32,000 nucleotides of DNA from Crocosphaera subtropica ATCC 51142 (lineage in GTDB: Bacteria; Cyanobacteriota; Cyanobacteriia; Cyanobacteriales; Microcystaceae), in NCBI RefSeq assembly GCF_000017845.1, contig NC_010546.1, positions 2,370,001 to 2,402,000 on the forward strand, written 5' to 3'. Below are positions 8,359-15,029 of this stretch, one piece after another; the stretch's first letter is position 1; each line of letters starts with the position of its first letter. The translations under genes and the position numbers were made by a program. The notes under the pieces are model-generated. The model made no database searches and had not been told where the DNA came from. It saw only the letters and a program-made list of their open reading frames with translations.

Positions 8359-9369
8359 TTAGGTGTTAGCCAACGGATTTCGTATTTTCTTGTTTTCATA
8401 ATTAGTAACTAAGATTTCCCTAATTTTACCTCGCTTCCCACCTTTAGAATTAATCATCCTTGATGCTAAAATACGACTAATATTAAAGTCTTGGTATAAT
8501 TTATCAAAGAAAGGATCATCAACATAATTAGTGGGATCTGAATTACTTAACATTTGTAACGCACCTTGACTAGATATTTTCACAAACATATCCTTTAATC
8601 TTCGTTGTTCATCATCATTAAATTCTAGAGAACTATAAGCATTAAAATTCGCCGTTTCACTAATAGGACGATAAGGAGGATCATAATAAATAAAGGTTGA
8701 GTTATTAGAACATTTGAGAACTTCTGCAAAATCTGTGTGTTTAATTTCAGCAATTTTAAACGCTTGATTAACAGCAAGTAAATTCTTTTCATTTAGTATT
8801 TTAGGATTTTTATAACGACCCATTGGCACATTAAAATATCCCTTAGTATTGACCCGATATAAACCATTAAAACAAGTTTTGTTCAAAAATATTGTATAAG
8901 CTGCTCTTTTTATCCACTCTTTCTTATAATCATTGGCATCAATTTTTTTATCCAATTTATTATAATCATCTCTCACTTTATAATAAAACTCTTTTCTTTG
9001 TTCATTGTTCAAGTCAAGATATTGTGTTTCTAAAATCGATAATTCTTTAATAAGATCCTCTACATTATTTTGAATGACCTTATACAGAATAATTAATTCT
9101 GGATTCTTATCAAAAAGATAAGCTTTTTCAATTTTAAAATTAGAATAAATATCAAAAAAAACTGCCCCTCCTCCAAAAAAAGGTTCTATATAAGTTTTAA
9201 TTTTACCTTGTTGAAGTTGCTGAGGATACTGTTTTTTGATTGCTGGTAATAATTGAGTTTTTCCTCCGGCCCACTTTAGTACCGGAGAAGGTTTAATCAT
9301 ATCTTTATGATCCTGATTCAAAAAAAGAGATAATTGCTGAGTCGACTGATAGTTGATTTCATTAACCAT
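8359..9369 (-). CDS. Dam-family (alpha-class) N6-adenine DNA methyltransferase, apparently solitary
   Basis: It has LKWAGGK, FFGGGAV (FxGxG SAM motif) upstream of DPPY (motif IV), and FNGLYRVN. This motif order is the Dam/alpha order. No restriction-enzyme-like neighbour is present. Confidence 0.88.
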   Translation of the reverse strand: MVNEINYQSTQQLSLFLNQDHKDMIKPSPVLKWAGGKTQLLPAIKKQYPQQLQQGKIKTYIEPFFGGGAVFFDIYSNFKIEKAYLFDKNPELIILYKVIQNNVEDLIKELSILETQYLDLNNEQRKEFYYKVRDDYNKLDKKIDANDYKKEWIKRAAYTIFLNKTCFNGLYRVNTKGYFNVPMGRYKNPKILNEKNLLAVNQAFKIAEIKHTDFAEVLKCSNNSTFIYYDPPYRPISETANFNAYSSLEFNDDEQRRLKDMFVKISSQGALQMLSNSDPTNYVDDPFFDKLYQDFNISRILASRMINSKGGKRGKIREILVTNYENKKIRNPLANT

Positions 9370-9553
9370 TAATAAATTAACAAAGGAAATGTCTCTAAAT
9401 GTCTCTGAAATTATACTATGATACTCAAATAGTCAATCAATAAAACCTTATAATTAATAACTGACAGGTAATCCCTTGATATTAAATAGCAAAATTTGCT
9501 AATATATATGTCAGATTTAATCTAGGTCTGTTTCTAATTGTTATTTTCGATCT

Positions 9554-9994
9554 ATGTCATCTCCAGAAACCTCCTTACCCCCTAACTTAGCTCGTATTGT
9601 TGAAAAGTTTAAACGGCGTTCTGACCCGAAAAAACGCTATGAACAATTACTTTGGTATGCTAAAAAATTAGAAGCCATGCCAGAAGAGAGTAAAGTAGAA
9701 GAAAACAAGGTTAAAGGATGTGTTTCTCAAGTTTATATCACCGCCGATTTTCAAGATGGTAAAATCTGGTATAAAGGGGATTCAGATGCTCAATTAGTTA
9801 AAGGGTTAGTGGCTTTATTAATCGAAGGATTAAATGGATTAACCCCTAATGAAATTATAGAAGTTACCCCTGATTTTATTGAAGAAACAGGACTTAACGT
9901 TAGCTTAACCCCATCTCGTGCCAATGGCTTCTATAATATATTTCAAATGATGAAAAAGAAAGCTTTAGCGTTTCAATTGGGAACCTCCGCTTGA
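9554..9994 (+). CDS. sufE: SufE-like cysteine desulfuration (sulfur acceptor) protein
   Basis: 146 aa. It has RYEQLLWYAKKL and the active-site context VKGCVSQVY, typical of the SufE/CsdE family. Confidence 0.88.
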   Translation: MSSPETSLPPNLARIVEKFKRRSDPKKRYEQLLWYAKKLEAMPEESKVEENKVKGCVSQVYITADFQDGKIWYKGDSDAQLVKGLVALLIEGLNGLTPNEIIEVTPDFIEETGLNVSLTPSRANGFYNIFQMMKKKALAFQLGTSA

Positions 9995-10001
9995 TGAATA
10001 A

Positions 10002-10316
10002 TTATTTATAATTTTCTTTTAATCGTCGCCACATCTCCCAAACATCCCTGGCTAAAGCCTGATACTTTTCTTTTGAACCTACTAGATCAGCATCAAACCA
10101 TTTGATAAATTCCTCATGAATAATCTGAAGGACTTGATCTTCTGTTGTCGCAGTTTCTAAACGGGGTAAAATAGTTCCAACTTCTGGATCATATTCGTCC
10201 GTATTATCTCCAAAATTAATCCCTATGGGATCATGACGAAATAATATTTCTGATAAAGTATTAAAAACAATTCCATATTGTTCTTTTATCTGTTTTCTGT
10301 TGTTTCTTGAGTCCAT
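10002..10316 (-). CDS. Small hypothetical protein, possibly DUF1871-like, probably co-transcribed with fur
   Basis: 104 aa with reasonable codon usage, 53 nt downstream of fur on the same strand. The HDPIG...DEYDPEVGTILPRL pattern resembles small YugE/DUF1871-type proteins. That similarity is from memory and is weak. Confidence 0.6.
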   Translation of the reverse strand: MDSRNNRKQIKEQYGIVFNTLSEILFRHDPIGINFGDNTDEYDPEVGTILPRLETATTEDQVLQIIHEEFIKWFDADLVGSKEKYQALARDVWEMWRRLKENYK

Positions 10317-10369
10317 AAACTGACTTTTTTGTTAACTATAATCAGAAATATTATTGTCTAGAGAAAGAG

Positions 10370-10903
10370 TTATTCTGATTCAGCCTCAGTAAAATCATGG
10401 GGATCTTCATCAGAAATAGCACGGGTACACACCCAATTACTAGGAAGAGAAGACGGCCAACCCATGCGAATGGCCTCCGGACAAATAGTCATTACCGTTA
10501 ATTGACAATCTATCAATTGATAACCTTCTTTATCACACTGTTTTAAACTATGTTTCAAGATAGAATCATTCTTAAATTCAGTGGTTTTATTGCACTGGAT
10601 ACAAACCATGTGATGATGATGGTTAGGATGAGGATGATTTAGTTCATAATGTTTGTGACCCTCCGCTAATTCTAATTCTCGTAAAATTCCCATACGAGAC
10701 ATCAACTTAACACTACGATAAATCGTCGATAAACTGATGGTTTCTCCTCGCTGTTCTAATAGTTCAAACAACTCCTCAGCACTCAAATGATTCCCTCTTG
10801 GGAGGTTTTGGAAGACGTGCAGTATTTTTTCCCTTTGTGGAGTCAAACGCCAACCTCTGGCATTCAATTCAGCTTTTAGGGAATTGGCTGTATAGGGAGA
10901 CAT
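10370..10903 (-). CDS. fur: Ferric uptake regulator, FurA type
   Basis: LKAELNARGWRLTPQREKIL..., LSTIYRSVKLMSRMGILRELELAEGHKHYEL and HHHHMVCIQCNK closely match cyanobacterial FurA. A Cys-Pro (ICPE) is present. Confidence 0.92.
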   Translation of the reverse strand: MSPYTANSLKAELNARGWRLTPQREKILHVFQNLPRGNHLSAEELFELLEQRGETISLSTIYRSVKLMSRMGILRELELAEGHKHYELNHPHPNHHHHMVCIQCNKTTEFKNDSILKHSLKQCDKEGYQLIDCQLTVMTICPEAIRMGWPSSLPSNWVCTRAISDEDPHDFTEAESE

Positions 10904-11014
10904 AACAAATTGCTCTATACTAATTCTATTAATTAATTATGATAGTCTTTCTTAAGAGCGATTTGCAACAATTCTTGCTTATTGAAAATAATTAGCAACT
11001 GATCTCCCTAGGAT

Positions 11015-11905
11015 TTATGAGTCACAAGGACGGGTACTACTCAATTGCAGGACAATTTTATCAATGGAATGGATCATAGCAGAACCAGAAACACTAGGAT
11101 TATTCACTAAGATACTAAAGACAACCATACCAAAGTGGGGATGCTTCATATAACCAGATAAGGCTCTTACCCCCCGTAATGTACCTGTTTTAGCAGAGAC
11201 TGTTCCTTGGGCTGAGGTTCCTTTCATACGGTTGCGAAGGGTTCCTGTGACTCCAGCAACGGGTAAGGAACTGTAAAAGATATCCCTGTTTGGAGTATAA
11301 TACATGGCTCTGAGGATTGTTACTAGAGAGCGAGGGGTAGCCACATTGCGACGGGATAACCCTGAACCATCTACTTGACGAAAAGTATTAGGAAGCACCC
11401 CTAATTTCCCTAAAGCACTTTTAGCTGCTTGTTGTCCCCCAATGTGACGTAAAAGGGTATCAGCATAATAGTTGTTACTTCTGACATTGGTAACATTAAC
11501 CCAAGACTGTAGAGATTTTGAGCCAATTTTGGATTGAGGAGTCTTTAATTGTAGAGCAGCAGCAGTAGTAAAGATTTTATTATTAGAAGCAGGGATAAAG
11601 TGTCTATCCGCATTATGGCTGTATAAAACTGTGCCGTCGTCTAATTTTTCGACTAAAATTCCCCAATGTTTTTCGTAGGGACTAATAATATTATCAATAA
11701 CCGGTGTGATTAAAGCAGCACAACTTCCAGAAGTATTGTTTTCTGGGGGTGGAACATAAATTTCAATGGGACTGTCTGCAACAGGAGCCGGCTCAGGATT
11801 ATTTAAAAGGGGTTTTAAGTTGTTACCGAAACTAGGACTAATTGCGGTTAAGGATGTAGTAGCAACAATGGCTAAAGTTGGGAGCCAAGAACGGGTTAAT
11901 CGCAT
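11015..11905 (-). CDS. Secreted PBP4/peptidase-S13-like DD-peptidase, compact form
   Basis: It has a signal-peptide-like N-terminus. The motifs are S107-N-N-K, S143-N-N, DGSGLSRRN and K239-T-G-T-L-x-G-V-x-A-L-S-G-Y, all characteristic of DacB/PBP4-type enzymes. Confidence 0.8.
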   Translation of the reverse strand: MRLTRSWLPTLAIVATTSLTAISPSFGNNLKPLLNNPEPAPVADSPIEIYVPPPENNTSGSCAALITPVIDNIISPYEKHWGILVEKLDDGTVLYSHNADRHFIPASNNKIFTTAAALQLKTPQSKIGSKSLQSWVNVTNVRSNNYYADTLLRHIGGQQAAKSALGKLGVLPNTFRQVDGSGLSRRNVATPRSLVTILRAMYYTPNRDIFYSSLPVAGVTGTLRNRMKGTSAQGTVSAKTGTLRGVRALSGYMKHPHFGMVVFSILVNNPSVSGSAMIHSIDKIVLQLSSTRPCDS

Positions 11906-12103
11906 AGTTTTAATGTTTCCTTCACTACCTCACTGGCTTACTCAAAGGTATAGCTAGTAATTTAGGAACTAATAGGAGTAAGACGTTTTACTCCCGAAAC
12001 CTTATCTTATGTTTCCCTATAAGTCAAGGGTGGATTTCATGAGTCCAAGAAACCCTCCATCTCTCCTGCAATTATCCTCAGACAACAACACAGAATCATT
12101 GGA

Positions 12104-12616
12104 TTAAGTTTCTGTTTCTATTAGGGTTAAGATTTTATCTTCTAAAGCGGTTAAAAAAGGGCGCTCAATTTTTCCTAATTCCTCTAAAAACTTCTTAACT
12201 GAATCTTCTAACTGCTGTTGAGGAATTTGAGAGAGGCGATCGCTTATTGCTTTCATGTCTCGTTGTTGTTTTGAGGAATAATAAACATCTTTTAAGTTTT
12301 CAATTTTAACCTGAATAATTCCATCCCAAGTTTTGACGAGACAGGAGAAATTTAAAACTTCTTCAATAATACACCACTGACCACTTCTTCCTTTAAGTTC
12401 AGGGTTTCTTTTCATAACAATTTGGGCAACTTCTCCCACACGCCAAGGATTAGGGACAGGCCGACGTTCACGAATTTCATCAACTACACTTCTTTTTTTA
12501 TTGTTTTTTCCCTTGCTTTTTACTGTTTTATTGATAAAGTTCTTTTGATATTTTGTTTCGAGAGAATTGATAGAGTTACTCATTCCTTCCAATTTTGACA
12601 GGTGAAAATTTTTCAA
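12104..12616 (-). CDS. Hypothetical protein with a basic N-terminus and a KOW/SH3-like middle region
   Basis: The 170-aa ORF starts at TTG 12616. An alternative ATG lies at 12583 (MSNSINSLE...). No recognisable catalytic motif. Confidence 0.55.
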   Translation of the reverse strand: MKNFHLSKLEGMSNSINSLETKYQKNFINKTVKSKGKNNKKRSVVDEIRERRPVPNPWRVGEVAQIVMKRNPELKGRSGQWCIIEEVLNFSCLVKTWDGIIQVKIENLKDVYYSSKQQRDMKAISDRLSQIPQQQLEDSVKKFLEELGKIERPFLTALEDKILTLIETET

Positions 12617-12625
12617 AAGATGACA

Positions 12626-12650
12626 AAAGAACTTAAAAAATAAGTTCTTT
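12626..12650. promoter_or_regulatory. Perfect 10-bp inverted repeat (AAAGAACTTA-aaaaa-TAAGTTCTTT), a possible operator or leader hairpin
   Basis: Read directly. It lies 10 nt upstream of TTG 12616 and 43 nt upstream of ATG 12583 of the 170-aa ORF. Confidence 0.3.
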
Positions 12651-13073
12651 ATACTCGCTTAAATGCCTTAATGTTGTTGGCATTGTTATTTTTTTAGGGC
12701 TTATTACTGTATACCATTATAACATAAAAATCAAGTCTCCAGTTTTCTTAAATTAACTATAAAATAGTATCTATTTTCCCCAGTTCATCTTTGAATTTGA
12801 TAATTAAAACAAGTAAAGCTATGATGAGCTAACCTTTTGAAGAATAATAAAATAGTTTCTGCTTTGTTGAAAAAGCTGTGGAAAATAACCATCAATCTGG
12901 GGAAATATTTAAAAAATAAAGAAAATTCTTTTATGTAACAATAAATAACGAAAAATACATATAAATAACAAGAAACTTTAAATAGCGTTAAAATCAAAAT
13001 TATAAGTCTAATTAACTTTTCAAGATGAATCAAATATGACAGAATATTGTATAGACCTTCAGCATTAATTTCA

Positions 13074-14120
13074 ATGGCTATTATGAATACAATTTATCCT
13101 GTTATTTGGTCTAATAATAAAGTTTTATTGATTGATCAAACCTCTTTACCAAGTCGATATACCCTAGTCGAAATCAGTCGTTATGAAGACATGGCTAAAG
13201 CGATAAAAACCATGATCGTTCGTGGTGCGCCAGCTATTGGGGTTGCGGCTGCCTATGGGATGTATTTAGGAGCAAGAGATATTCAAACACAAGATAGAGA
13301 AACCTTCTTAAAACACTTAGATAAAATAGCCCAAATATTGCGTCAAACTCGCCCCACTGCGGTTAATCTTTTTTGGGCAATTTCTCGAATGCTAAAAACA
13401 GCTTATGAAACCCTTGGAACCGTAGAAGAAATCAAAAAAATATTATTAGAAACGGCTCAAAAAATTCAAGAAGAAGACTTACAAACTTGTCAAGCAATTG
13501 GTCATAATAGTTTATCCATATTACCAACCAACCCAGAAAAATTAACGATTCTAACCCATTGTAATGCCGGGGCATTAGCCACTGCTGGTTATGGGACAGC
13601 ATTGGGGGTTATTCGTTCTGTTTGGACTGCCGGACGATTAAATAGGGTGTTTGCGGATGAAACAAGACCCCGTTTACAAGGGGCAAAATTAACGGCCTGG
13701 GAATGTGTTCAAGAGAAAATTCCGGTAACTGTAATCAGTGATAATATGGCAGCCCATTGTATGCAAAAAGGACTGATTGATATGGTGGTTGTCGGCGCTG
13801 ATAGAATTGCGGCCAATGGAGATACTGCTAATAAAATAGGCACCTATGGACTAGCAGTTATTGCTAAAATGCACCAAGTTCCTTTTTATGTTGCTGCGCC
13901 CCTGTCTACGGTAGATTTTAGTTTAGAAACTGGAGATTTAATTCCCATCGAAGAAAGAGATCCATCAGAACTTTACCAAATCGGAAATACGGTGATTTAT
14001 CCCGATGGCGTTGATTATTATAACCCTGCTTTCGATGTGACCCCTGCTGATTTAATTACAGGGATTATTACTGAACAAAAAACAGTTAATCCGAAAGAAC
14101 TGATTACTTTAAAAGGATAA
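13074..14120 (+). CDS. mtnA: S-methyl-5-thioribose-1-phosphate isomerase (methionine salvage)
   Basis: It has [57 protein letters not shown] and [18 protein letters not shown]. The start is ambiguous among TTG 13047, ATG 13074 and ATG 13083. Confidence 0.93.
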   Translation: MAIMNTIYPVIWSNNKVLLIDQTSLPSRYTLVEISRYEDMAKAIKTMIVRGAPAIGVAAAYGMYLGARDIQTQDRETFLKHLDKIAQILRQTRPTAVNLFWAISRMLKTAYETLGTVEEIKKILLETAQKIQEEDLQTCQAIGHNSLSILPTNPEKLTILTHCNAGALATAGYGTALGVIRSVWTAGRLNRVFADETRPRLQGAKLTAWECVQEKIPVTVISDNMAAHCMQKGLIDMVVVGADRIAANGDTANKIGTYGLAVIAKMHQVPFYVAAPLSTVDFSLETGDLIPIEERDPSELYQIGNTVIYPDGVDYYNPAFDVTPADLITGIITEQKTVNPKELITLKG

Positions 14121-14163
14121 TTATTCTTAGGGTGAAATTAGTTAAAAGTGACTAAAAAGTTTT

Positions 14164-14949
14164 CTATTCAAATTGATAATCAAAAATTGATAATTCTTTG
14201 GCAAAATGCTTTTCAACTAGGTTTCTGGCTCTTTTTGTATAATATTCCTGATAAGGCTTTTTGCCTTTTGTCGGATTATTAAGAGGAATAGAAACCCATT
14301 CACTATAGTTAATAATACCAGCTTCTTTCAGCAGTTTATTGAAATCGGATTCTAAATATTCAAACCGAATAATTTTATCAACTCCATATAGTAAAGATGA
14401 ATAAATGGGAGGAAGATAATCAGAAGAATAGAAAAACTTTTTCTTCAAAGAAGTTTTGAAGCTTTTTAAAAAGTTAGCATTTTCTTTTTTTTTGTATTTA
14501 TAAATATAATTATCTAACCAATTTTCAAATCCTAGATTGATAGTTTTCTGTTGTTGATTTCTCAATTGTTTTTCTAATTGTCTTAAAAATATTATGCCTG
14601 TTTCTTTATTCTCGTCAGCAAGCAATTGTGTCCGTACTATTATTTGTTGATTGATCCATTCGTCTGAAATAGCCCTTTGATATTCAGTGGTAAAAGCATC
14701 AAATGGGTTTCGTACTGTACCAAATTTAAGGTAGAGTGGTAATTCTATTCTACTGATGAGATTAAATTTGACTAAGTTACTAATACTATTATGTTTTTTG
14801 CTAAGTTTTAGAGAATTATTTTCATATATATCTTCTTTAGGAATCCATTCTCCTCCAAACTGTTCTTGTAAAACTTTTCCTATAGCAGAACAAGCTGTAC
14901 CTGGAACCATCATGAAAAGCAGTTTATGAGTGCGACATATAGTAGCCAT
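14164..14949 (-). CDS. Sulfotransferase family 2 (HNK-1ST/CHST-like) protein
   Basis: LLFMMVPGTACSAIGKVL resembles the 5'-PSB motif (vPKtAcT..k). VRNPFDAFTTEY resembles the 3'-PB motif (vRdPfeR..Say). The gene is very AT-rich: 23 G+C were counted in 14401..14500. Confidence 0.65.
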   Translation of the reverse strand: MATICRTHKLLFMMVPGTACSAIGKVLQEQFGGEWIPKEDIYENNSLKLSKKHNSISNLVKFNLISRIELPLYLKFGTVRNPFDAFTTEYQRAISDEWINQQIIVRTQLLADENKETGIIFLRQLEKQLRNQQQKTINLGFENWLDNYIYKYKKKENANFLKSFKTSLKKKFFYSSDYLPPIYSSLLYGVDKIIRFEYLESDFNKLLKEAGIINYSEWVSIPLNNPTKGKKPYQEYYTKRARNLVEKHFAKELSIFDYQFE

Positions 14950-15029
14950 AATTTCTTGAAGTTACCCTAATAGACAAACGTAAATAGACGATGAAAAATA
15001 CTATTAAATTAATATAATCGCTTTAAACA

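Noticed and set aside
8359-9369. The Dam methyltransferase as half of a restriction-modification system, or paired with the Uma2 nucleases.
   Set aside because: The immediate neighbours are hemN and sufE. The Uma2 genes are about 4.5 kb away, separated by unrelated genes on the other strand.
10904-11014. Fur box in the fur upstream region (ATTAATTAATTATGATAG).
   Set aside because: It is only a loose AT-rich resemblance to the GATAATGATAATCATTATC consensus. This cannot be distinguished from background in an AT-rich promoter without a scoring matrix.
12785-13033. 82-aa minus-strand ORF in the mtnA upstream gap.
   Set aside because: Its composition is highly biased toward Phe, Ile, Leu, Lys and Tyr, as expected when AT-rich non-coding DNA is translated. 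It has no RBS and overlaps the probable mtnA promoter region.
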